64,000 nt of DNA from an uncultured Chloroflexia bacterium (GTDB lineage: Bacteria; Chloroflexota; Limnocylindria; QHBO01). The first letter of the stretch is position 1. Each line of letters starts with the position of its first letter. Below the pieces are notes generated by a model. It did not search any database. It saw only the letters and a program-made list of their open reading frames with translations, and had not been told where the DNA came from. The DNA lies in the NCBI GenBank assembly GCA_963773405.1, contig CAVZAQ010000007.1, positions 118,224 through 182,223 of the forward strand, written 5' to 3'. This document shows, piece after piece, positions 10,285 to 18,244 of the stretch. The position numbers and the translations under genes were made by a program.

Positions 10285-11424
10285 ATGTCAAGCACCGATG
10301 ACGCCACACGCCTGGCGGCGCTCCTGTCGCGGACCCTGGACGCCCACGCGGTCGTCCTCTACGAGGCCGTTGCCGAGCGCCTGGGCCTCAACGCCACCGA
10401 TCTCCTGGGCCTGCAGCTGATCGCCGGCGAGGGCGAGACCACCCCGGGTCGGCTGGCGGAGCTGGCAGGCATCACCACCGGGGCCATCACCGGGGTGCTG
10501 GACCGGCTCGAGAAGGCTCGGATCGTGGTGCGCGAGGCCGATCCCGACGACCGGCGCCGTGTGGTCGTGCGCCTCTCCCCCACCCGGCTGGCCGAGCTGA
10601 TCGCCGTGCTGGAGCCGATGGCGGCCTCGGCCGACTCGCTGCTCGCGGGTTACAAGCCCGCCGAGCGGGCGGCGATCACCGACTACCTGGGCAAGGCGGC
10701 CGCCGCGGCCTCCGAGGCGACGGTGCGCCTGCGGGCCAGCACCCGCGGTGGCTTCGTCAACGACACGTACTCTGCACCGCTGGGCGGCGCGACCCGCGGG
10801 CGCCTGGTATTCGTCACCGGCGGGCCACGCCTGTCGATGAACGTCGCACCATTCGGTCCGGGCGCCAGCGCGCGGATCATCGTGGAGCCGTCCGCCTCGC
10901 GCCTGTCTTTCGAGGGGGCAGCGGACGAGGGGCAGCTCCTCAGCGCCCACTTCACCGGGCCTTTGCCGGACTGCCGGGTCGCGGACGGCGTCGTCACCAT
11001 CCGCTACCGGCGCTCCCCGTTTTCCAGCCGCCGTGCGCGGGTGCGCCTCAACGGCTCCATTCCCTGGACGGTCGAGATCTCCGGCGGCGTCACCGACCTG
11101 ACCGGCGACATCGGCGTACCGCTGTCGGCCCTGGAGGTGTCGGGCGGTGCGAACCACATCAAGCTGGACCTTCCGGCGCCGGTCGGGACCGCCGGGGTGC
11201 GCGTCACCGGCGTGGTGTCGATCGCGGCGCTGACGCGGCCGCCGAGCGCTCCGGTTCACCTGCTTGTGGGCGGCGGTGTCAGCCACCTGCGCCTCGACGA
11301 GGTCACGGCACGCCAGGTCAGCGGCCGCCGCCAATACGAGTCGGGCGACTACGCCGGCACCCCGGACCGCTACGACATCGAGATCACTGGCGGCGCCTCC
11401 GACGTCCGCATCGTCCCCCGCTGA
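10285..11424 (+). CDS. MarR-family HTH regulator fused to a C-terminal beta-rich repeat domain (DUF4097/LiaG-like by pattern)
   Basis: The N-terminal ~150 aa are MarR-like (LGLNATDLLGLQLIA...PGRLAELAGITTGAITGVLDRLEKARIVVREADPDDRRRVVV). The C-terminal ~220 aa carry repeated xSGGxxxhxhD strands (ISGGVTDLTGDI, VSGGANHIKLDL, VGGGVSHLRLD, ITGGASDVRIV). Confidence 0.75.
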   Translation: MSSTDDATRLAALLSRTLDAHAVVLYEAVAERLGLNATDLLGLQLIAGEGETTPGRLAELAGITTGAITGVLDRLEKARIVVREADPDDRRRVVVRLSPTRLAELIAVLEPMAASADSLLAGYKPAERAAITDYLGKAAAAASEATVRLRASTRGGFVNDTYSAPLGGATRGRLVFVTGGPRLSMNVAPFGPGASARIIVEPSASRLSFEGAADEGQLLSAHFTGPLPDCRVADGVVTIRYRRSPFSSRRARVRLNGSIPWTVEISGGVTDLTGDIGVPLSALEVSGGANHIKLDLPAPVGTAGVRVTGVVSIAALTRPPSAPVHLLVGGGVSHLRLDEVTARQVSGRRQYESGDYAGTPDRYDIEITGGASDVRIVPR

Positions 11425-11460
11425 CCCTTCCTGACGCAGCCGCTCCGTCGCGCCACCCGC

Positions 11461-11607
11461 GACTCGTCAGGCGCTGATGTCACGCGCGTTATCGGCTCCA
11501 ACCTCCCACCGACTCGTCAGACGCTGATGTCCGTAGCGTTAGGTGAGTCAGGGCCCGTCATGTGCCGCTGAGTTCGGCAGCACGGTGGCCCATCTGCCGT
11601 ATAAATC
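11461..11607 (+). repeat. family-A repeat, copy 1: two 33-nt direct units plus a conserved core
   Basis: Unit 1 (11461-11492) is GACTCGTCAGGCGCTGATGTCACGCGCGTTAT. Unit 2 (11511-11543) is GACTCGTCAGACGCTGATGTCCGTAGCGTTAGG. The core is ...CCCGTCA-TGTGCCGC-TGAGTTCGGCAGCACGGTGGCC...CCGTATAAATC. It matches 17590-17734 in inverted orientation and 19314-19520. Confidence 0.65.
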
Positions 11608-11702
11608 AGGACTATCGAGCCAGTAGTCGAGGAGCCAGCAGGGCGCGACAGTCTGCTCAAGGGGCAATGGCTTGGAGCCATTGCGGATCTTGAGGCAGGA
11701 CG

Positions 11703-13445
11703 ATGTCGCGCGGCAGGGGGAGACCACGGATTCACGAAGCGCCGGGGTGTCCCAATCGGCTGCACGAGAAGTCGCACGTCGTGGCGATCGGGTTCCTCCG
11801 AGGCCGCGAGAGCGGAAGCCGGGTCGTGCGCCGCTGGCGCTGCTATCCGCTAACCGGCAGCCACCACGACTTCGCGCTGGTCGTCTCTGACGACATGCCG
11901 CTGACCGTTCCGCAACCCAATCCGCCGTGCCCGTTGCACCCTGACAGCCGCGTGAAGCGGAATGGGGCCTATGGCGCGGGCCGGGTTCACCGCCAGCGCT
12001 ACCGATGCCACCCGCCAGGCGGCAAGTCGCACGTCTTCACGCCGCCGCTGCCGCGCGGCTACGTCAGTCCCGAGGACGGTCCCTGCCCCCACTGCGGCGA
12101 GCTGCGGGGCGTCCACCACGGCGACCATGCCGCCGCCCGCAAGCACACCGCCACCGTGGCGATGATCGCGCAGGGGCTTGACAAGCTGTCGGCCGGCGAG
12201 CCCTACGCCCAGGTCGGGCTGTGGGCCTGGAAGCAGATGGACCGCGACCCGGCGGTACCGGCCCGGTCTTCGCCGCCGCCCAAGGAGCCCGAGCGGGTCT
12301 GGAACGAGGAGACCCAGGCCTACGAGGATCGCGAACCGGCCAAGCCCAAGCCGGTCAGCCTTGGCTCGCTCGACAGCCGCGCCGCCTGGCGAGTTGCGGC
12401 CAACTGGATCGAGGCCTTCGCGCCGGTCATCTCGGATCCGATCGACGCTGACCTGCGAGCGAGGGCTCTCGCCGAGCGGGCCCGCATCGATGCGGACCTC
12501 GCCGCCGGCCGTCCCCTCGAGTGTCCCCAGATCCTGGTCCTCGACGACGTGCCGGTCTGGTCCAAGGCCCAGCAGCGCCGCCGCCGCGAGGGCGGCTTCG
12601 TCCTGCTCATCGTCGGCGAGGTGGCCTGGGAGCAGCCGGCGCGCCCGCGCGAGGGCCAGCAACAGTGGGAGCCACGGCTCCGCCTGCGCCTGGTGCGCGC
12701 CATGCCCAAGAGCAACCTGGCAGCCTGGCGACTGACCTTCGACGAACTCGGCTACGCGCCCGACTTCGTGGTCGCGGACGGTGGGACCGGCATCGCTGCC
12801 GGGGTGACCTCCCATTTCGATCCGCAGCGCACCGTGTTCGTGCCGTCGCTGTGGCACGTGCGCAACTCGGTCCTGCGCGCGGTCGGCATGGAGGCCGCGT
12901 CCAACCTCACGCCGCCGATTGCCGAGCACGCCCGCCACCTGGCCCGCGGGGATGCGATCCTCGAGTCGGCCGGAGCCTGGAACGACTGGTGGGACCAGCT
13001 TGAGCAGATCGCCCTGGCCGAGGGCCTGTCGCGCGACAAGGTCCGCAACCAGCGGCGCAACTACCAGGACGCTCTCGCCAACGTCATTCCGCACCTCGCT
13101 GCCAACCCCGGCCTGCGCCTATCGATCGGCGGCCTGGAGACCAAGATCCGCGAGCGCGTGGATCGGGTCCTGACCCTGCGCACCCAGTTCGCCAACATCG
13201 AGCGCACCAATCACCTCTTCGACCTGGTGGTGGCCCGCGAGCACGGGGCCTTCACCCACTCCCACGAGGTCGAGGCGTTGCTGCGCGCGGACGCCGAGGG
13301 CCGTGTCGGCCCCGACGGGCGGTCCGGCCACGCCGTCAGCCTGCGGACCATCGACGACCCGCAGCCCGACTCCGGGCCGCGCTACCGGTCGCTGCGCGAC
13401 CCGAGCCTGATCGCGTCCCTCGCCGAGAGTCGGGGCCTGGCATGA
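11703..13445 (+). CDS. zinc-ribbon-containing DDE-transposase-like protein (distant IS256/Mutator/ISL3-type by motif pattern)
   Basis: 580-aa intact ORF. The N-terminus has two degenerate IS1/IS1595-style ribbons (CPNRLH...RRWRCYPLTGSHHDF and CPLHPDSRVKRNG...RQRYRCHPPGGKSHVF) plus CPHCGELRGVHHGDH. The remainder has ILVLDDVPVW, DFVVADGGTGIAAGV, SLWHVRNSV and FANIERTNHLF, spaced like D, D, H..RN and E of RNase-H-fold transposases. Confidence 0.55.
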   Translation: MSRGRGRPRIHEAPGCPNRLHEKSHVVAIGFLRGRESGSRVVRRWRCYPLTGSHHDFALVVSDDMPLTVPQPNPPCPLHPDSRVKRNGAYGAGRVHRQRYRCHPPGGKSHVFTPPLPRGYVSPEDGPCPHCGELRGVHHGDHAAARKHTATVAMIAQGLDKLSAGEPYAQVGLWAWKQMDRDPAVPARSSPPPKEPERVWNEETQAYEDREPAKPKPVSLGSLDSRAAWRVAANWIEAFAPVISDPIDADLRARALAERARIDADLAAGRPLECPQILVLDDVPVWSKAQQRRRREGGFVLLIVGEVAWEQPARPREGQQQWEPRLRLRLVRAMPKSNLAAWRLTFDELGYAPDFVVADGGTGIAAGVTSHFDPQRTVFVPSLWHVRNSVLRAVGMEAASNLTPPIAEHARHLARGDAILESAGAWNDWWDQLEQIALAEGLSRDKVRNQRRNYQDALANVIPHLAANPGLRLSIGGLETKIRERVDRVLTLRTQFANIERTNHLFDLVVAREHGAFTHSHEVEALLRADAEGRVGPDGRSGHAVSLRTIDDPQPDSGPRYRSLRDPSLIASLAESRGLA

Positions 13446-15079
13446 GCGCCATCAGCCGGGCCCGGCTGTGGGCCAAGGCCCGCTTCCTCGTCTTCGATGT
13501 GGAGACGACCCGCCCACCCGAGCGCGGAGCCCCGCTGCGCATCGTGTCGATCGCCGGGATCAGCGTCCGCAACGGGCAGGTCGTCGGGCGCTTCGTCACC
13601 GACTACGTGAACCCCGGCTGCCCGATCGACGAGAAGTCGCAGAAGATCCACAAGATCAGCGATGCCCTGGTGGCGGGTGCGGCGACCTTCGCCGCCATCG
13701 CCAAGCCGCTCATGACCCTGCTGCATCCGGACCTGTCTGAGCGGACGTTCTTCGTCGCTCACAACGTCTCGTTCGACGCACCGGTCCTCCGCAACGAGCT
13801 GGATCGGGTCGGCGAGAGGATGCCCGAACTGCCGGTGCTCGACACCATGGCCCTGATGTCGGTGGCAGGCGTCAGTGGCGAGGGCGGACGCCGCAGCCTC
13901 AAGGCGCTGTGCTCGACCCTCGGCATCGACCTGTCGCGGCACCACCTGGCGGCCTCCTTCGACGCCGAGGCCACTGCGCAGGCGCTCATCGAGCTGCTCA
14001 ACCGGGCGGCCGACCAGGGGCACGACGACCTCGATGCGCTCCTCGACCTGCTCGGCGCTCACACGACCCGCTCGCTCACGTTCATTGGGCGCTTCGCGGA
14101 TGCCGAAGCGCCGCTGGAGCCGGAGATCAGCGCCGAGCACATCGCGACCCACGCCACGATCCTGCCGCGCCGGCCCGGCAAGCGGGTCCTCGCCGGCTGG
14201 CTGGCTGACACGGAGAAGTGCTCCGGTCTCCTGTGCGGCGGGCTCGTCGCCCGGGTAGCCGTGGCGGAGATGCCACCTGCCGATCTGCTCAGCCACCTCC
14301 TTCCACGTCTCCGTGCGCTTGCCACCACGGCTCCCGCCGCCCAGGTGGCCACCTACCTCGAGGCGATGCTGCCCCTGCTGCCCCACCTGCCGCCGGCCAG
14401 CCGCGGTCGTCCGGCCTTCGCCCGGCGCACCGCGGCGCTGGCCCTGGAGACCGATCTCGGCCGGCTCCTGGATCCACTTGGCCGCTGCACCGGCCCGACC
14501 TCCTGTCCGGCCTGCCGGCGCGGCGATCCCTGTCCGCTCGATGTCTGGCGCTTGGCGCTGGCCGAGCTGCTCATCGGCTCGGGTTCCGGCCGCAAGGGTC
14601 GGCGCACCGGCTTCGTCAGCGTCGGTCCCGGCCGCCTGGAAGGTGCCTACGCCTCGCTGGTTCGCGGCCGCCATCACCACATCGCGGACCTCGCCTTGCG
14701 GCTCGTCCACCGCCAGTGGATCTCGGTCGGCCAGCGTGACCGGGCCGGTCAGCTTGTGCGCGAGGCGCTGGCGGCCGGCTGTGCCGACCCGGAGATCATC
14801 GGCACCCACGCCGCGCACATCGGCCGGCGAGGGACGCCCGAGGCGCTGGCCGAGGCCATCGCCATCTGCGATGCGGCTCTCGAGCACCGCGATGGCAGCA
14901 CCGACGAGGCGTGGAGCGCGCTCGAGGCGCGCCGCTCACAGCTGCGCAGTCGTGCCGCGCGCTTCCGGGTCCGCTACGAGGACGAGCGCGACGAGGAGGG
15001 CAACCTAGTGCCGAAGCGTCTCCACCACCCGGCCGCACCGCTCCGCCGCCCACCTCGCTTCCAGCCCCGCGCTGCCTGA
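13442..15079 (+). CDS. DEDDh (DnaQ/epsilon-like) 3'-5' exonuclease domain protein with a ~350-aa uncharacterised C-terminal region
   Basis: 545-aa intact ORF whose ATG overlaps the upstream stop (ATGA at 13442-13445). ExoI is FLVFDVETT, ExoII is FVAHNVSFDAPVL and ExoIII is HHLAASFDAEATAQAL. The C-terminal part is Ala/Leu/Arg-rich with CTGPTSCPACRRGDPC and has no recognised family. Confidence 0.8.
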   Translation: MSAISRARLWAKARFLVFDVETTRPPERGAPLRIVSIAGISVRNGQVVGRFVTDYVNPGCPIDEKSQKIHKISDALVAGAATFAAIAKPLMTLLHPDLSERTFFVAHNVSFDAPVLRNELDRVGERMPELPVLDTMALMSVAGVSGEGGRRSLKALCSTLGIDLSRHHLAASFDAEATAQALIELLNRAADQGHDDLDALLDLLGAHTTRSLTFIGRFADAEAPLEPEISAEHIATHATILPRRPGKRVLAGWLADTEKCSGLLCGGLVARVAVAEMPPADLLSHLLPRLRALATTAPAAQVATYLEAMLPLLPHLPPASRGRPAFARRTAALALETDLGRLLDPLGRCTGPTSCPACRRGDPCPLDVWRLALAELLIGSGSGRKGRRTGFVSVGPGRLEGAYASLVRGRHHHIADLALRLVHRQWISVGQRDRAGQLVREALAAGCADPEIIGTHAAHIGRRGTPEALAEAIAICDAALEHRDGSTDEAWSALEARRSQLRSRAARFRVRYEDERDEEGNLVPKRLHHPAAPLRRPPRFQPRAA

Positions 15080-15115
15080 GGCACAGCCTCTACTTCTTTC
15101 GCGACGAAGCACGAG

Positions 15116-16844
15116 CTACTTGGCGGAGGCCTCACCTATCCAGACATTCGCCCCATCCGTGGTGGGCTCGAGGAGCAGGACGCCGCCAGGCAAGAGCACA
15201 CCCTGGTTGCCGGGGCTCTCTCCCGTGATGGCGAGCCTGTTCCAGCGCTGGCCGTCAAAGGATTCCCACGCCCCACCACCGAACTGCACGGCGAGGATCC
15301 TGGTCCCATCACTCACGAGCATGCCGTCCGCTCCTCGGCCCACCGGGGCTTGCGAAACGCCCAGCGGCGCGTAGTTGGGCACCAGGCGCCAGCGCTGGCC
15401 GTCGTTCGACTGCCACCAGACCTCTGCACCCGGGGCGGCAAACAGGCTGCCGTGGGCAATCCAGCCCTCCGGGCCGACGAGGAGGCCATCGGCACCCCAC
15501 GGCAGGCCCTGGGCATCGGGATCGGGCAGGGCCACGCTGGTCCAGTGCAGCCCATCAGGCGACGTCAGTGCGACTCCGGTCAGCGCGTCAGGTGACTCGG
15601 CGGAAGGCACCGCGCCCACTGCCAGATACCCGGTTGCGCTGCCCGTCAGTCCACCCAGCGCGAAGCCACCGGGCAAGGCAGTAGTCGGGCAGTGCGGTCC
15701 AGGTGATGCCATCGGTCGAGATCGCCGCGACCGCTGCGCGCCAGGACGCCGAGGCGATGACGCCGGCGGGGCCGGAGGCGAGTATCGGTCGCTCGTTTGA
15801 CTGGAGGCCGGCCTGAGCGATGACCGCGGGACCCGGATGGGCGGCCCAGGTCCGCCCGTCGCTCGAGGTCCACGACTGTGCAGGCACCGTGGTCAGGCCG
15901 TCCGCCCAGCCGGCGCCGGTGAGGGCCACGAGGCCGCCGCCGGGTAGCTCGGTGATGTCGAAGACGATCGTGCCCGAGCCGAAGACCGATGGGTCGAGCG
16001 CGGTCCAGGTGATCCCATCCGGCGAGGTCCAGACCGGGGTCCAGCTCGTGTCGCCGGCGGCCTGGTCCTGGCCGAGAGCGATGAAACCACCCGACCAGCG
16101 GATGACCTTGCGGACCTGGGCCAGCGGATCATTGACGGCCAGCTTGCGCCAGGTCAGGCCGGTCCAGGTGGCGTCGGGTTCCGTCGGGGCGTTGGTCGTG
16201 AAGCCGTCGAGCGCGGGCACCGCGGACGGAGTCGGGCTGCCGCTCGGCGCGGGCTCAGGTGCCTCGATCGACATGCTCTGCCGATAGCCGGCCGCGATGA
16301 AGTAGGTCTGGTTGCCGGCGACCACCAGGAGCGCGCGGTCGAACGAGGGCGGGATGGTGGCCGATGGGTCGGGCGGGGGCGGCGGTCCTTTCGGAATCTC
16401 GCCGTCGATGTAGCAGACCCAGGCCGGATCGCTATCGGCATACCTGGCCACCTGCGGGTTGTCCTTGACCGCAGTCATGTTCCGCACGATGCCGACTGTC
16501 GTCTGAAACGCACCGGCCACCGTGCCGTTGTAGTCGCGGGCAAGCGGGCTGCACGGCGTCTCGCCTGGGCTGCCCGAAGCGCTGGGACTGGGACCGACCG
16601 GGATCGGTGCCGGTGGCAGCAGGCCGATGAGGACCGCGACCAGCAGGGCGGCGGCCACCACGGCTGCCGCGCCGACGCTGGGCAGGATCCAGCTGGCCGA
16701 CAGTCGCGCCGTCCAGGCACGCCGCTGCGGGATGTGGCGGACGCCGGACATGCCCCGGGCGAGCAAGTCGGGCGGCGCTTCCCCGGAGCCCTCCGCGTGG
16801 AGGTAGGCGCGCACCTCGGTCTCGAAGCGGGCCTGCTCGTTCAT
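15116..16844 (-). pseudogene. membrane-anchored anti-sigma-like protein with extracytoplasmic Asp-box (BNR-like) repeats, one frame change near 15700
   Basis: The start overlaps the sigma gene stop (ATGA). It has a single TM (ILPSVGAAAVVAAALLVAVLIGLL). Six SxDGxxW repeats are split over ORFs 15588..16844 and 15116..15712 (TSPDGITWT, SSDGRTWA, STDGITWT | TSPDGLHWT, SNDGQRWR, SFDGQRWN). Confidence 0.7.
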
Positions 16845-17401
16845 GCCGCACCTCCCTCGGGCGCCAGGCGCCCATCGGCCTCGAGCGCAGCGCGCAGGGC
16901 GGCCTCGGCGCGCGACAGGCGCGACTTGGCGGTCCCCAGCCGCAGGCCGAGCGTCTCGGCCACCTCGGGCACTGAGCTGCCCAGGTAGTAGCGCAGGACG
17001 ATGACCGCGCGATGCTCGGCGCTCAGGGTGGTGAAGGCGCGGTTCAGCGACTCGCGCTCGACGACCGCCACCGAGGCGTCCGCCGTGGCCAGCGCGTCGG
17101 GCTCCAGCTCCTGCTCGGCGCGGGCATGCCGCGAGCGGCGGGCGAGGTTCAGGCAGGCGTTCGTCAGGACCCGCCGCAGCCAGGCCTCGAAGCGCTCCGG
17201 GTCGCGCAGCCCCGGCAGGTCGCGCCAGGCGTTGATCATCGTCTCCTGCACGGCGTCCTCCGCCAGCACCGGATCGTGGAGGATGAGCCTGGCGGTGGCA
17301 TACAGGCGATCGAGCCGGGCGGCGATCAGGTCCTCGAAGGCCGTCTCGTCGCCGGCGCGCGCCCGGATCACCAGATCACGCTCCAACTTGGGTTCCCCCA
17401 C
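16841..17401 (-). CDS. ECF (group 4) sigma-70 factor
   Basis: 186-aa intact ORF. Region 2 is AEDAVQETMINAWRDL...FEAWLRRVLTNACLNLAR and region 4 is AVIVLRYYLGSSVPEVAETLGLRLGTAKSRLSRA. Confidence 0.9.
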   Translation of the reverse strand: MGEPKLERDLVIRARAGDETAFEDLIAARLDRLYATARLILHDPVLAEDAVQETMINAWRDLPGLRDPERFEAWLRRVLTNACLNLARRSRHARAEQELEPDALATADASVAVVERESLNRAFTTLSAEHRAVIVLRYYLGSSVPEVAETLGLRLGTAKSRLSRAEAALRAALEADGRLAPEGGAA

Positions 17402-17589
17402 TCCTTCCTACTGGCATAGGCACCGCGGAAGCCCGTTTCGTTCCATCGCCTGTCTCGAATGTCGAGTAGAACCCCGGTCGGCGCAAGGGGCCAGGCGGCC
17501 TGTTGCAGGGAGATGCTCGGCCACCAGCGACACGGGCGGGCGAAGCGGCAGACGGAGAGCGGGCCGCTGGCCGATCCGGAATCGCCCGG

Positions 17590-17734
17590 GATTTATACGG
17601 AATCAGGCCATCGTGCTGCCGAACTCATGTGCCGCTGACGGGGTCGCGGCCGAGCGTGGCAGGGCACGGTTGGGGCGCCATCGGGCTGACTGAACCTGCC
17701 TAACGCTGCTGTGGTCCGCAGGTGACAAGTCAGG
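17590..17734 (-). repeat. family-A repeat, copy 2 (inverted relative to copy 1)
   Basis: GATTTATACGG...CATCGTGCTGCCGAACTCATGTGCCGCTGACGGGG...CCTAACGCTGCTGTGGTCCGCAGGTGACAAGTCAGG. The reverse complement aligns to 11511-11607 with a ~45-nt insertion. Confidence 0.65.
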
Positions 17735-17749
17735 TCCGCCAGCAGCGTT
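17702..17749 (-). terminator. possible intrinsic (I-shaped) terminator hairpin downstream of gene 17771..18244
   Basis: A 10-bp perfect stem, AACGCTGCTG (17702-17711) with CAGCAGCGTT (17740-17749), begins about 20 nt after the stop of the minus-strand gene. There is no U-tract. Half of the stem belongs to the family-A terminal unit. Confidence 0.3.
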
Positions 17750-17770
17750 CCTCGAGCGCCATGCGGACCC

Positions 17771-18244
17771 TCAGACCGGGACCCGGAGGTGAATCGGCTG
17801 GCGGACCTGCACGTCGGTATGGCCGTTCCGAGACGCCGAGATGACGATCGTGTCGACAACGGCGTCCGAATGGATCTCACTGTACCGCACGGTCACTTCG
17901 GCCTGGTGTGAGATCAGCTCCAGGCGCTCGATGATCGGGTACGGACAGTGACGGTGCCGGCAGTAGTCCAGCGGATCGGTTCGTGCGACGGTCACCTCAC
18001 GCATCTCCATCGGCAGCGAAGACCTGACGTGCGGCGCCTCGGCGAACAGCACGGCCAGGGCACGGGACGCGTCGTCGTGGCATCGAAACGGGTCGACGCC
18101 CTCGCAGGCCAGCGGCAGGCTGGAAGGCAGGACCTCCAGGTGGTTGGCCCAGCTCCAGGTTGCCGCACCGATGGCGACCACGACGACGGCAGCGGCAGCC
18201 AACGCCAGCAATCGCCGACGAGCGAGTCTCACTGGCGTGGACAT
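17771..18244 (-). CDS. hypothetical membrane-anchored Cys-rich protein
   Basis: MSTPVRLARRRLLALAAAAVVVVAIG... provides an N-terminal anchor. The extracytoplasmic part has six Cys (PLACEGVDPFRCHDD, DYCRHRHCPYP). It overlaps the end of anti-sigma 2 and is probably the third gene of that operon. Confidence 0.6.
   Translation of the reverse strand: MSTPVRLARRRLLALAAAAVVVVAIGAATWSWANHLEVLPSSLPLACEGVDPFRCHDDASRALAVLFAEAPHVRSSLPMEMREVTVARTDPLDYCRHRHCPYPIIERLELISHQAEVTVRYSEIHSDAVVDTIVISASRNGHTDVQVRQPIHLRVPV

Larger units (their letters stand above)
11461..17734. mobile_element. candidate ~6.3-kb inverted-repeat-bounded element (transposase-like gene, exonuclease gene, ECF sigma/anti-sigma cargo)
   Basis: The left arm (11511-11607) and the reverse complement of the right arm (17590-17734) share three blocks. 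These are a 33-nt terminal unit (22/33 identical), GAGTTCGGCAGCACG[G/A]TGGCC (20/21) and CCGTATAAATC (11/11). No target-site duplication was found, so the boundaries are hypothetical. Confidence 0.3.

Noticed and set aside
11461-11543. Possible CRISPR array (33-nt direct repeats with a 17-nt spacer)
   Set aside because: There are only two units, and the spacer is far shorter than CRISPR spacers. The same unit occurs inverted elsewhere as part of a larger repeat, and no cas genes are in the window.
11571-11607. ECF-type or sigma-70 promoter inside the conserved repeat core (GAGTTC ... CGTATAAAT)
   Set aside because: The distance between the GTTC-type block and CGTA/TATAAA is about 22 nt, too long for ECF (16-17 nt) promoters. 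No TTGACA-like hexamer sits 16-18 nt upstream of TATAAA. It is kept only as an unexplained conserved block.
11850-14887. Minus-strand ORFs 11850..13094 (414 aa) and 13382..14887 (501 aa) inside the transposase-like/exonuclease pair
   Set aside because: Both are low-complexity Arg/Gly/Ala/Pro translations lying antisense to ORFs that carry clear motifs (DEDDh, zinc ribbons). They were rejected as shadow ORFs.
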